Source: a virus
IMG/VR virus record: IMGVR_UViG_3300037119_003505
Coordinates: 3,733-67,732 of that record
Reading direction: 5' to 3' (one strand)
Length of the DNA stretch: 64,000 bases
The notes under the pieces: model-generated
What the model saw: only the letters and a program-made list of their open reading frames with translations
Told to the model about the DNA's origin: nothing
Database searches by the model: none
Part shown: positions 46,171-55,450 of the stretch, piece after piece
How the letters are laid out: each line of letters starts with the position of its first letter
Numbering within the stretch: the first letter of the stretch is position 1
Made by a program: the position numbers and the translations under genes

Positions 46171-46383
46171 ATGAAAAAGAAGATCAAACACAAGCGACCA
46201 CCCAAGGGTTGGAGGCGAGTGCGCATCGGCGAAAAGTCCAAGCTCGGCGACTGGCTAGAGCCCGTCTTTGAAGGCCCGTGGTGGAAGCTGCTGAAGAAGT
46301 ATTGCGGAAGGCCCACCGAGAAAATAATGCGAGTTATCATCCGCCGCACCACATCACGCAAACGCAGCCCGAACTCGCCATGA
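46171..46383 (+). CDS. Small basic hypothetical protein
   Basis: Coupled ORF MKKKIKHK. Confidence 0.4.
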   Translation: MKKKIKHKRPPKGWRRVRIGEKSKLGDWLEPVFEGPWWKLLKKYCGRPTEKIMRVIIRRTTSRKRSPNSP

Positions 46384-46847
46384 CCGCACCCCGATACCGC
46401 TGCCGCGCCTGCGGAACCGAGTGGCCGGAAAGCTTCACGTGGATTGCCGAAAGCACTGGCGACCGAATCTGCCACGAAGACGGTTGCCGAGGCGTCTGCG
46501 ATCCGGTGCCGGAAGCCGTGCAGGCTAAGGCCGTATCCGAGTCGTGGTTTTCCCGTCACCCAATGGGCGGACTGGAAATCTACCCGAACGGCGAAACAAA
46601 CGAGCCGCTGGCAACCTTCCGTCGAGAGGACGACTGCTGCAAGGCCATCGAAGCACATAACGCCACGCACGGTTCCGGCATCGCGCCCGCAGTGGTGCCG
46701 TTGCTGCTGGAGGCGCTGGAAGACTTGTTGAATTTCACCATGCAGATCCACAAGAATGACGGCTGGAATCCCGATGTTGTGGAAGATTTTCCTGTCTGGA
46801 AAAATGCCCGCGCCGCGCAGGCTGCCGCCAAGCTCTCCAACACCTGA
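46380..46847 (+). CDS. Zn-ribbon-containing hypothetical protein
   Basis: CRAC...CHEDGC. Confidence 0.5.
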   Translation: MTAPRYRCRACGTEWPESFTWIAESTGDRICHEDGCRGVCDPVPEAVQAKAVSESWFSRHPMGGLEIYPNGETNEPLATFRREDDCCKAIEAHNATHGSGIAPAVVPLLLEALEDLLNFTMQIHKNDGWNPDVVEDFPVWKNARAAQAAAKLSNT

Positions 46848-46851
46848 CACC

Positions 46852-47112
46852 ATGAAAATCCAAGACAAACTCGAAGCCCAACTCGTCAATCACGGTCTTT
46901 TTGAAGACCAAGCCAAGGCCATTCTCGAAGAAGCCAAGGCGTCGAAACTCTGCGAACCGATGGCAGGAAGATGGCAGGAAGATGATTCCTGCTATCCGCC
47001 GATGATGCTGGTCGTCGTGTGGGCTTCCGTGAAGCATGTGGCGGCAGAATGGCTCAAACGCAACGCGCCTCAGCATTGGGCGCTGCCGATGTTTGAAACC
47101 CCGCAGCCATGA
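46852..47112 (+). CDS. Hypothetical protein
   Basis: CTGACACC-ATG start. Confidence 0.55.
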   Translation: MKIQDKLEAQLVNHGLFEDQAKAILEEAKASKLCEPMAGRWQEDDSCYPPMMLVVVWASVKHVAAEWLKRNAPQHWALPMFETPQP

Positions 47113-47852
47113 TCCTCGACATCGACCCCATGAGCCAGCCACAGTTCTACACGCACGAGGACTTCCCCGAGCTTCCAGTCGGTACCGGATTCCATAAACC
47201 ACCGTGGCCGCACACCGCTTCCGTGCAGAACGAGAACGGCAAATGGTGCCTGACCATCGCGGCGAAAAAGGAAGACGTGGACGCTTGGCACTCGGAACAT
47301 CTGCCATCTCGCGAAACCTTCGCGCTGGCGCAACAGTGGCACGGCCAGCCCGACACGGTGCCGCGCGCCGACTACGACGCCCTCGCGATTGAATTGGGGG
47401 CATTGATGAAGTGGCACCGCGACCAGTCCAATGCTGCCGTCGTCTCCATCAGACACGCCTTGGCGCGCGGCGATCACACAGACGCCACGAAATGGCTCGC
47501 GATCCGAGGAGTGAGGAGAGATGAAGTGCGGCAACTTATCGGCGTCCTGCGACGGCTCCGAAGCGCCACCAAAACAGCCGCACCCGACCCGCTCGCAGCC
47601 CGCGTCAGCGACCTTGCGGCCTCGCTGCTGAAGCAGGCGCGGCTGCTGAACGAGAACGGAGACACCATTGACGCGCAGGCGTTGCAGTTGTTGCGGCTGC
47701 GGGCGGCGTTACTGGACATGTTCCAGATGATGCAGGACGGCATCCTGGTGCGCGACACCCGGCACGACGGGCTGCTGGGTGCCGGGCTGCTGTTGCTGGA
47801 CTTCGTGCGGCGCATCAAGGCGGCACGTGACGCGATGGGAGGTGCGGCGTGA
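47109..47852 (+). CDS. Hypothetical protein
   Basis: Coupled ORF. Confidence 0.55.
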   Translation: MILDIDPMSQPQFYTHEDFPELPVGTGFHKPPWPHTASVQNENGKWCLTIAAKKEDVDAWHSEHLPSRETFALAQQWHGQPDTVPRADYDALAIELGALMKWHRDQSNAAVVSIRHALARGDHTDATKWLAIRGVRRDEVRQLIGVLRRLRSATKTAAPDPLAARVSDLAASLLKQARLLNENGDTIDAQALQLLRLRAALLDMFQMMQDGILVRDTRHDGLLGAGLLLLDFVRRIKAARDAMGGAA

Positions 47853-48208
47853 ATTACGATCTCACGACACCTTGCGGCCTGTGCCCGTTCCGAAATGATG
47901 CGAAGCGACTGCACGTGTCCGCAGATCGGTTAGCCGAGATGGCGAGCGGCGAGTTCTGCTGCCACAAGACCACGGAAGCCGATGACGAGACAGGATCGTA
48001 TGCGCCAAAGCCTGATTCGCAGCACTGTGCCGGGGCGCTCATATTTCTTGAAGCGCAGGATCGCCCTCACCAAATGATGAGGATTTGCGAACGTCTCGGG
48101 ATGTACGATCGTAAGAAGCTGGACATGACGGCCCCGGTGTTCGGCTCGCTAGCAGAGGTGCGGCGCGCAGATCGGAAGCCTCGCAAATCCAAACAACCCA
48201 CACCATGA
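47849..48208 (+). CDS. Cys-rich conserved-type phage protein
   Basis: PCGLCPFR, FCCHKT, HCAGA. Confidence 0.65.
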   Translation: MNYDLTTPCGLCPFRNDAKRLHVSADRLAEMASGEFCCHKTTEADDETGSYAPKPDSQHCAGALIFLEAQDRPHQMMRICERLGMYDRKKLDMTAPVFGSLAEVRRADRKPRKSKQPTP

Positions 48209-48582
48209 ACCCCGACCTACAAGCCAAGCTGGCAGCCATCCGCACCGAACTGAACCGCACCATCGAACTCGACGGCAAGAGGACGACTGGCGAGTGGCAA
48301 GTCACGGACGGAACGGTTTGGGACGAGAACGGATGCGCGGTCGTATCGGACTACAGCGCAGACACGTCCGCCTTCATCGCGCACGCCTCCCAGTTCAGCG
48401 CCGTCACCGCCAAGGCGCTGCTGCGGGCGCTGGACGGGCTGGAGCGGGAAGCTACGCTTGGGATTCACCTCACCATGTCGTGCGCGTATGGGCGGCTGCT
48501 GCACGAGGACTGTCACAAGTGCGTTGCTGTCGCGGCCCTGCAAGCGATCTGCGAGCTGTGGCCGAAGCTGGAGGCGGCGTAA
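48205..48582 (+). CDS. Ead/Ea22-like protein
   Basis: TTGEWQV...AFIAHA...ALLRAL. Confidence 0.5.
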   Translation: MNPDLQAKLAAIRTELNRTIELDGKRTTGEWQVTDGTVWDENGCAVVSDYSADTSAFIAHASQFSAVTAKALLRALDGLEREATLGIHLTMSCAYGRLLHEDCHKCVAVAALQAICELWPKLEAA

Positions 48583-48590
48583 AAAAGTGC

Positions 48591-49162
48591 TTGCAACGAG
48601 GATTCGATTGCGCTTCTGTGCGGCGTTCGCAGGTGAATTGCGAGCGACGAAACTTTTTGAATTTGTCAACAGCCGCAAGGCCGAGACAGAAGGTTGCGGA
48701 ACCAAATAATCCGAGCGCCGCTGTGATTCACCCACAGCGGCGTTTTCTTTTTCCGACTAGCGGGAAGGATGTTCTTTGAAATTCAGGAGTTGTGAAATCT
48801 GCGCGCGTCCGATTGGCGGTTACACCCGGTCGCGATTGATGGCGGAAAACGCAAACTAGAAACGGGCGCAGGTCGCGTATATGTGCGCGGCAACCTCTCC
48901 AAGCCGGAGGTTCACCGTTTATGAGGATACCATCGGCCAACCCAAAACCATCCTTCTCCTGAATTTCAACGAGCATCCTTCAGCGCCTCAGAAAGACGCC
49001 GATACTGGCGCGGACGTATCGGCTTCGCTACTGCTGCGAGTGCTGGTGATCGGAGCACGCAGGGACAGACCTACCTACCGGCTCGCACGTGGCAGAACGT
49101 CTGCCGTTTCCAACGAGACGGCAGGAGTTTTCTCACTTGCTCTCTCTTGGGGGGCGGGGGGC
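48591..49162 (+). ncRNA. Structured ncRNA cassette E2 (promoter, attenuator, boxA-stem-enclosed cloverleaf, conserved 3' module, terminator)
   Basis: TTGCAA-N17-TTCTGT promoter; multiple stems; no downstream sense gene (meets convergent operon); homologous to E1. Confidence 0.7.
48716..48752 (+). terminator. Intrinsic terminator/attenuator of cassette E2
   Basis: Perfect 10-bp stem CGCCGCTGTG/CACAGCGGCG, loop ATTCACC, TTTTCTTTTT tail. Confidence 0.8.
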
Positions 49163-49320
49163 CAGCTCTTTTAATTATCACTTATCCGGCGGGGCTTCGG
49201 GCGGGACAGGGCGGTGGCGAGAGTGAGCCTTGCGAACGGGTCGCCGAGGCGGGTCACTGGTAGCCTGTCGCCGTACAGCCGAGGCAGCCGATCCGTAGCC
49301 GTAGCCGTCACCGCCCCGCC

Positions 49321-49578
49321 TCAGTGCGGCTTGTGCAGGCGCGACATGATGAAGCGCCAAACGGCTCTGGAGTGCCGGCACGTAAGCCTGCTCGGCACCG
49401 TACCGCTCTTGAGTGGGTAGCCGATCCGGATGCGCCAGTCGGGACAGTCGCAACGCCCCAATGGGAACTTCTCGTCGCGCAAATCCACCGTCCAGTCGAG
49501 ATGCTGCGGATCGGTGGCAGAGATCACGTGAAACAGCCCTGCTTCCGCGTCCGGTAACACGTCCAAAGGCCGGTTCAT
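49321..49578 (-). CDS. SWIM-type Zn-finger protein
   Basis: GRCDCPDW...TCRH. Confidence 0.65.
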   Translation of the reverse strand: MNRPLDVLPDAEAGLFHVISATDPQHLDWTVDLRDEKFPLGRCDCPDWRIRIGYPLKSGTVPSRLTCRHSRAVWRFIMSRLHKPH

Positions 49579-49742
49579 GCCCCAGGCTCCCGTTCCTCCG
49601 GCAGCCGCAACCGCTCCAGCCCTTCAAGTCGTGACTGTTCCGACGCCGCAAGTTGCCGCTTCAGTTTCCCTCGCTCGCGTCTCAGTGCCTTGATAATGAG
49701 GCGCAGGCTGGCGATTTTCTTGTCCTGTTGGGTCTTGCTCAT
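49575..49742 (-). CDS. Small coiled-coil protein
   Basis: MSKTQQDKK; coupled. Confidence 0.45.
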   Translation of the reverse strand: MSKTQQDKKIASLRLIIKALRRERGKLKRQLAASEQSRLEGLERLRLPEEREPGA

Positions 49743-49927
49743 GGATCGAGGTGACGGAAGCGGCGACAGTTCCGGCACATGCGGCCTTTGCCTTTTTGTG
49801 AGGCTGTCGCTTCGTGGAAGTGCAGCCCGCAAGCCGTGAGTAGCTGCGTGTTGACGTGATCGGTGACTTGGTGGTGCCGTTCGCCGGCCCGAAAACAATA
49901 GAACCCATTGATCATGATTTCCTTCAT
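49739..49927 (-). CDS. Small Zn-binding protein
   Basis: H...TACG...CRNC. Confidence 0.45.
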   Translation of the reverse strand: MKEIMINGFYCFRAGERHHQVTDHVNTQLLTACGLHFHEATASQKGKGRMCRNCRRFRHLDP

Positions 49928-50364
49928 AGCTTCAGTTCGGCGGTTTCCATGCGCTGCTCGGTGGGGCGGAACAGCGCTAGATTGCCCCAGTAGTCTTCCA
50001 TTACCTCGATTCCTCCGCGCCGCTCGCCCCACACTTTGCGACCCGGTAACGGGAAGCGTTTCACGAACTCCGACAGCCCATAGCGTCCGCACGACCAATC
50101 GCCTTGTAGATCGATTCCGAAAGCGGCGGCGAAGAAGGCCACGATCTTGTTGCCAGCGCGGTCCCGTTCCCACACCGGCCCTCGTAGCCATCCCCAGCCG
50201 CCATCCTTGTTGCGCTTTTGGTAGCCGGGATCGTCGCGGAGGTAGAGATGCCAGCCCATGTAGATGTCGTGGCCGCAGTATTCAGCGACCAGCCAGCGCC
50301 GAACCAGCGGAGGCGTCAGCTTTGTGTCGTACGTTGACTCGTCCGGATTCACGGCTTCTCCCAT
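49924..50364 (-). CDS. Trp/Gly-rich hypothetical protein
   Basis: Coupled ORF. Confidence 0.5.
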   Translation of the reverse strand: MGEAVNPDESTYDTKLTPPLVRRWLVAEYCGHDIYMGWHLYLRDDPGYQKRNKDGGWGWLRGPVWERDRAGNKIVAFFAAAFGIDLQGDWSCGRYGLSEFVKRFPLPGRKVWGERRGGIEVMEDYWGNLALFRPTEQRMETAELKL

Positions 50365-50699
50365 CCATTTCGTTCCGCCAGCCGTGCGCAGGCATCGCGC
50401 GGATCGTCGCCTTCGGCACAGTGGCCCCGATCGTACAGGGCCGCGACGCTGAACTCGTGCATGAGGTCCACGAAACGGGCGCTCCCTCCTGCCTTCAGCG
50501 GCACGAGGTATTTGTAGCACATGAAACGGTAGCGCCTGCCTGCTCCGTTCAGTTCGATGACCACGACCATGTGCAGGTTCTTCCACGCGCTCAGGCTGCC
50601 GTCGCGGGCGTCCTTGGGTGGCTTCGGTGGCTTCGGGCTGCTGCGACGCTGTGGCGGGCGTGCTGCGGCGTTGCGCGGGGCTGTAGCGGTGCTGGTCAT
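50349..50699 (-). CDS. Hypothetical protein
   Basis: Coupled ORF. Confidence 0.45.
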   Translation of the reverse strand: MTSTATAPRNAAARPPQRRSSPKPPKPPKDARDGSLSAWKNLHMVVVIELNGAGRRYRFMCYKYLVPLKAGGSARFVDLMHEFSVAALYDRGHCAEGDDPRDACARLAERNGWEKP

Positions 50700-50893
50700 G
50701 GGATGTGTTCGGCGTAACAGCTTGGGCAGCCGTCGTGGTGGAAGTGCAGCGTGTCGCCTTTCGGGCAGATGATGGTGCCGCACACGCTACACTCGCCACC
50801 TTCCTCGGTGCATTGGTTCAGCAGCGCGTCGAGTTCCGAACCGATGCGATCCAGTTCGGCTTTCTTCTGTCGGATTTGGTCGTGAAGGTTCAT
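50696..50893 (-). CDS. Coiled coil plus Zn-finger small protein
   Basis: CSVC...HHDGCPSC. Confidence 0.5.
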   Translation of the reverse strand: MNLHDQIRQKKAELDRIGSELDALLNQCTEEGGECSVCGTIICPKGDTLHFHHDGCPSCYAEHIP

Positions 50894-51065
50894 AGCTGCG
50901 CGGCCTTCATTGCTGCACAGAGGATGTAAAGCTCGCCTACAAGCAGTTTTCGCAAGTCGTCTGGAAGTTGCATCTCGGGATGCTCTGGAAACCGGAACCG
51001 CGCCTCTGACTTGCACTCGCCTTCGGTGTCGAAAACCATGTCGAACGTGACTTGAACCTTGGCTT

Positions 51066-51281
51066 TCATTCTTCGGAGTCCTCCTCAACCGCTCCTGCGT
51101 GTTCGTGGCAAATTGAGCAGATGTCGTTATCCGGCCAACCTGGACAACTAAAACGGGCGTGACAACATGAACTGACCGGCATCTCGAAGCTGGTTCGCGG
51201 CAACGGCGCTGCCCGTCTCGCGCCTGCCAGCCAGTCGTGGCGCGGTGTTTCGTCGGGGTTGTGTCGGGCGTAGCGGCTCAT
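51066..51281 (-). CDS. Small Cys-rich protein
   Basis: SSCC...CSICHEHA. Confidence 0.5.
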   Translation of the reverse strand: MSRYARHNPDETPRHDWLAGARRAAPLPRTSFEMPVSSCCHARFSCPGWPDNDICSICHEHAGAVEEDSEE

Positions 51282-51295
51282 GGGTTGGGTTCGGG

Positions 51296-51607
51296 TTATT
51301 TCAAGTATCCGTTCTCGCGGGCAGCGCGTGGGTTGGCATGGATCGACGCATGATGCCGGTTACAGCAGGCCATCCAGGTCTCTTCGCGCAGCAGGTTCGG
51401 CCCGCGCCCTTGCATGTGATGAACCTCGGTTGCGCCGTTGCAGCACTGTCCCGTCAGGACGCGATACTGACACCGTGGATTCCGCTGGAGGAACTGCACG
51501 CGCTGCAATGAGTATTGCCGCAGCTTCGGTGCCAGCTTCTTGGAGACGGCGCGCAGGCGTCCGGTGCGCTTGAGCAGTGTCTTACGGTGTAGAGGCGAGC
51601 GTTTCAT
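51296..51607 (-). CDS. HNH nuclease (NinG-like region)
   Basis: MKRSPL, ATEVHHMQGRG, ACCNRHH. Confidence 0.75.
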   Translation of the reverse strand: MKRSPLHRKTLLKRTGRLRAVSKKLAPKLRQYSLQRVQFLQRNPRCQYRVLTGQCCNGATEVHHMQGRGPNLLREETWMACCNRHHASIHANPRAARENGYLK

Positions 51608-51807
51608 GGTTCGAGTGAGGTCAAAAGGTCTTCGAGTGAAATGAACTCGTGTAAGTCCTCGTGTCCGGGCCATTGCTGCGCTCGGCCACAGAAGCGTCCA
51701 TCGGCGCAGAGGTGAAAACACGGCACGCCTTGGTGCATCACGATCTGCATCCAGTCCATGTCTTTCGCGGCCAAGAGTAGTGATTTGAAGCGTCGTTTGT
51801 TGATCAT
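51604..51807 (-). CDS. Small hypothetical protein
   Basis: Coupled ORF. Confidence 0.45.
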   Translation of the reverse strand: MINKRRFKSLLLAAKDMDWMQIVMHQGVPCFHLCADGRFCGRAQQWPGHEDLHEFISLEDLLTSLEP

Positions 51808-51811
51808 GGTT

Positions 51812-52003
51812 TCAGGTTTGTTGGCTTGAACGCTTGAACGCTTGAACAGACCAGTAGATCGGCCAGAACGCCGCACAGACGGTCGAGACCAGCGGCTTTT
51901 CCGCCGATGCCACTTCACTCGGATACTCGATATGATGCCAAGAATGTCCGAAGGTCACGAACGCTGCGACGATATACAGGTAGGCGAGAATGCGGGCGAT
52001 CAT
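51812..52003 (-). CDS. Small membrane protein
   Basis: Hydrophobic N-terminus, AAFWPIYW. Confidence 0.55.
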   Translation of the reverse strand: MIARILAYLYIVAAFVTFGHSWHHIEYPSEVASAEKPLVSTVCAAFWPIYWSVQAFKRSSQQT

Positions 52004-52206
52004 GACTCAAGTGCTTTGATTAGGATTTGGCAGCCGTCGTCGTACGGTCGCGCCGATTCAAGGAGCTTGGCAGACGCCTTCTTGATAGCGACTTGCAGGC
52101 GAAGAATTTCCGCAATGGCTTCTTCGCAGCATTTCGCCACGTAGAAGTGACTGTTTTCGGTCGTCGCCTGCTTGTGCAGGTCTTTCAGTTTTTCGATGAT
52201 GGTCAT
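52000..52206 (-). CDS. Small hypothetical protein
   Basis: Coupled ORF. Confidence 0.5.
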   Translation of the reverse strand: MTIIEKLKDLHKQATTENSHFYVAKCCEEAIAEILRLQVAIKKASAKLLESARPYDDGCQILIKALES

Positions 52207-52445
52207 AGTGCGGAAAGCGTGATGAATCCAGCCGGGTCTTTGACGTAGGTGGTTCGGACGTCCTCTGTAATGGCAAGCAGCGTCACCTCGTCAATGACGA
52301 CCGGCTCGCCGATCTGCCGCAACAGCAGCCAGATGACCTTGCGGGCCTGCTGTAGCTCGCGCTCGGCTGCCTTGGCGCGGGCGTAGTCGGCTTCGAGGCT
52401 CCGAAGGGTATCGGCGGTAGTTGGATGTTTTGGAATCGGGTTCAT
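52203..52445 (-). CDS. Small hypothetical protein
   Basis: Coupled ORF. Confidence 0.45.
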   Translation of the reverse strand: MNPIPKHPTTADTLRSLEADYARAKAAERELQQARKVIWLLLRQIGEPVVIDEVTLLAITEDVRTTYVKDPAGFITLSAL

Positions 52446-52591
52446 CGCATCAGCGCCTCCCGGCATTCGCCACGAACGGCATCTGGGCGACCGCAGCGAG
52501 CAGCCGCGCGAATCCGGCGCGGGCTTCGGCGACGGGCAGCTTGCGTGCGGGGTGTAACGTGCGGGGTGGTGGGATGGGTGGGAGTGGTGGC

Positions 52592-54508
52592 TTAGTCATG
52601 TCTCTTTCTCTGTTTGGGTTTGTAAGAACTGTCGCCTTCAACGCGCTTGGCTTCTTTCTCGCCGGCTAGAATGCCTTTGTCGGCAAAGACGCATGTCAGC
52701 GGGTTGAAAAAGAATAGGTATGCTTTTTTGGCGATGTTGCGCCCTTTCACGACGCGCGCGATCATGTGGCTTTCCTCGCCTTCCTCCAGCGCAATCACCG
52801 TATGGGCGTCGTGGCCGATGGCGCGGGATTCTCGGAGCTTTCCCTCTTCGTTTAACTGGCTCACAGCGATCACCGGCACGTTGCATTCCTTCGCCAACGC
52901 CTTGAGCGCACGGCTGATTCCCGCAACCTGTTGCTCACGGGTTTCTCGATCTCCTGTCGTGTCCACAAGTTGCGCGTAGTCCACCACTATCAGCCGGATG
53001 TCCTGCTGCGCACAGAGAGCCACAGATTCCGAGCGGATGTCGGCGCAGGTGTGATACGGATCGTCGAACACCCACAGCGGCAGCTTGGCAATCTCTGGCG
53101 ACCTGTCGCGAATGAGGTTCTGATCTAGTTCGCTGAACTTTCCGGTGTTGAAGACGTTTCGGTTGATGCCCGCGTTCATGGAAAACAACAGGTCGGTGAT
53201 CTCCTCTTCCGTCATTTCCAGCGTAAAGAGCGCCACCCCTTCACCGCGCCTCACCACGGCGTTTACGATGTTGAGCGTGAAGGAACTTTTCCCCACGTTG
53301 GTTTGCGCCGACACGACGATGAAGTTGCCTTTCTTCAATCCACCCGTCTCGGCGTCGAATGTCTTGAATCCCGTCATCAGATTCGGGGCGTCCTGATTCT
53401 TGAACAGAAACTCGTACCGCTGGATCGCGTCCACGACCAAGCGACGCATCGGCAGCGCGGAGATCAGCGGCACTTCCAGACGCTTCAGCAGCAACGCCAC
53501 TCCCGCAATGTCCAAAGCGACGCAATCAGGATTCAGATACAACATCCGCTGAAGCCCGTCCCCGCCTGTCTTGATGCTGCGAACCGCGCCAGGAAGCCGC
53601 GTCAGCCGCGACGGATTCTTGTTCCCTCGGTCGAATCCGAACGGAAATAGCGCGTCCAGCAACGCGCCAGAGAGGTCAGAAAATTCCTTGGCGCTATCCG
53701 CCTTCAGCCTCACGAGCGCGTGGGCGCTTTTGTCGCCACTGGCCGTCACGCACGCAACAGGGATGCCGAGCTTCGTGAACATCGAAAGCTGAACCTCTAT
53801 CGGGAGATCGTCACTCTCGACCAGCACGTGCCGGAACTTCGCCACATCAGCGTCGGTTGTCGCGCCATCCTTTCCAGTTCCAAGCGCGGCCACGGGATTG
53901 AGTCGGACCCACGCCCCAGCCGAGGACTGTGGCACGCCTTGGCTGGTGAACCATTCCACCCAATCCGAACATGGGAGCGTCTTGCCAGCGCCTTGCGGCG
54001 CGGCCTTGCCGTCCTCCTTGAGAAAATACTTCGTGATGATGTTCAGCCGATCATCCGGTTCAAAAATCCGCGTGAACATGGAAGCTCCTGCGGCGTGCTT
54101 CTCTGGAATCGGAACGGGGCTGCCAGCGATGAAGTCCTCCAAGCTTGTGCGGTAGCCGTCCAGCCACCATTCCGCCTGTCCTGTGCGTTGCTCTGGCGTG
54201 GCTGTCCTTGCGGCCTGCGGAGCAATAGGGGCTGTCTTGGCGCGTTTCGCGGCTCTCGGCGCGCTGGCTGTGCCGTAGCCGCTCGGCGCTGGGTTCTTTC
54301 GAACCGCTCCTTCAACCAAGTCGCGGATCTCCTTGTCTGGAATGTCTGGCGAATTGAATCGCTCTCGCAACAGGCTGAACACCATCTCGGTCGGCCACTG
54401 GTTTCCGATCAGCGAAAAGGAAATTTCCTTCATCACAGTATGCCGAGTACCGTTGACGGGATGCGCGTCAAGCAACTGCTGCGTCTTGTCTGGAATGTAA
54501 TAGTTCAC
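52592..54508 (-). CDS. AEP-type primase fused to DnaB-like (SF4) replicative helicase
   Basis: Primase motifs LVESD, SGDKSAH, NPSRLTRLPG; helicase SAQTNVGKS, FTLEM, IVVDYAQL, SQLN, LRESRAIGHDA. Confidence 0.85.
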   Translation of the reverse strand: MNYYIPDKTQQLLDAHPVNGTRHTVMKEISFSLIGNQWPTEMVFSLLRERFNSPDIPDKEIRDLVEGAVRKNPAPSGYGTASAPRAAKRAKTAPIAPQAARTATPEQRTGQAEWWLDGYRTSLEDFIAGSPVPIPEKHAAGASMFTRIFEPDDRLNIITKYFLKEDGKAAPQGAGKTLPCSDWVEWFTSQGVPQSSAGAWVRLNPVAALGTGKDGATTDADVAKFRHVLVESDDLPIEVQLSMFTKLGIPVACVTASGDKSAHALVRLKADSAKEFSDLSGALLDALFPFGFDRGNKNPSRLTRLPGAVRSIKTGGDGLQRMLYLNPDCVALDIAGVALLLKRLEVPLISALPMRRLVVDAIQRYEFLFKNQDAPNLMTGFKTFDAETGGLKKGNFIVVSAQTNVGKSSFTLNIVNAVVRRGEGVALFTLEMTEEEITDLLFSMNAGINRNVFNTGKFSELDQNLIRDRSPEIAKLPLWVFDDPYHTCADIRSESVALCAQQDIRLIVVDYAQLVDTTGDRETREQQVAGISRALKALAKECNVPVIAVSQLNEEGKLRESRAIGHDAHTVIALEEGEESHMIARVVKGRNIAKKAYLFFFNPLTCVFADKGILAGEKEAKRVEGDSSYKPKQRKRHD

Positions 54509-55344
54509 AGGACAGTAGTTTTCACTTCGACCGGCTGGTTCCGGTTGTCGAAGTAGGTGGCAAACTTGGTGGGATTGAAAAGCGTTTCAGGGCGGAGGTA
54601 TTGCGCCATCTCGGTGCCCTTCCAAAGTTTTACTTGCCGCACGATCATCTTTTCGCATTCAGCCGGATCAACGCCGTCCTCACCGAGCCTTGCCGCGATG
54701 AACTTGAGATGCGTTTCGCCCGGTCGGAAAGAAGTTCCGGCTTTTGCGTTCAGGAAGTTCAGAAGCAGCCCGGCGTTCTCGCGGTCGATCTTCCGATTCT
54801 CACGCGCCAGCTTCTTCTCTTCTTCGGAATCATCGCCCACGACTTCATTATGTGGGGCTTGCCCCACGGTAGGTTCTTTCTTGGTAGGATCTGCCTCTTC
54901 CTCTCCCTCTGAATGTGTTACATCGTTTAACGCTTCTTTACGCGAGTTACCATTTTTAACATCGGTTACATCATTGTCCTTTAAGGCTTTACGTCGTTGC
55001 GCCATGTATTCCCGCATGTAAGCCTTCTTCTCTTCTGCTGTTTTTATCGACCTGTAGGTGCAGTAATTTACAACTCGATACCCGCGCCCTGACTCACTGG
55101 GAACGAGCCTGCGGCCTTCGTGAACCTGCGAATTTGAGTCCGCGTCCGGCTCCATCAACCGCGCCACGCATCGCTTGAAAGTGTCCAGCGGCAAGTTCAC
55201 TGTGCGGGCCAGCGCCACGTCCGTTCCGATCACGTCGCCGCCCGAATCCGCAATCGCCAGCAGCATCATGAAGCAGTATCGCGTCTCCACGTCCTCCTCC
55301 ATCAAGGAGCTTTGGGCGATGCGCGAGAACAGCTTTGCGTACAT
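54505..55344 (-). CDS. Phage replication initiator (O-like) with conserved C-terminal domain
   Basis: YAKLFSRI N-terminal wHTH; LNAKAG...YLRPETLFN..KF C-terminal domain; directly upstream of the helicase. Confidence 0.8.
   Translation of the reverse strand: MYAKLFSRIAQSSLMEEDVETRYCFMMLLAIADSGGDVIGTDVALARTVNLPLDTFKRCVARLMEPDADSNSQVHEGRRLVPSESGRGYRVVNYCTYRSIKTAEEKKAYMREYMAQRRKALKDNDVTDVKNGNSRKEALNDVTHSEGEEEADPTKKEPTVGQAPHNEVVGDDSEEEKKLARENRKIDRENAGLLLNFLNAKAGTSFRPGETHLKFIAARLGEDGVDPAECEKMIVRQVKLWKGTEMAQYLRPETLFNPTKFATYFDNRNQPVEVKTTVL
54915..54990. repeat. Iteron-like repeats inside the initiator gene (probable origin)
   Basis: GTTACATC at 54917 and 54965, GTTACCAT at 54946, TTTAAC twice; AT-rich in a 60% GC genome. 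Confidence 0.5.
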
Positions 55345-55450
55345 GGAGGGCAGCATGAGTCCTGTTAAGTTTGGTGTAAAGAACTTTTTTACGGAAAGTT
55401 TAACACGCCAGTTTCATGCACGGTGCTGGCAACGGTGCGGCTTCATGGCT

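Noticed and set aside
48790-48955. tRNA interpretation of the cloverleaf
   Set aside because: Too long (166 nt), with no TTC-RA T-loop, D-loop or CCA in the expected positions
49075-49162. Group II intron domain V/VI resemblance (CTCGCACGT...GGGGGG)
   Set aside because: No AGC/CGC catalytic triad stem, no intron RT and no interrupted gene
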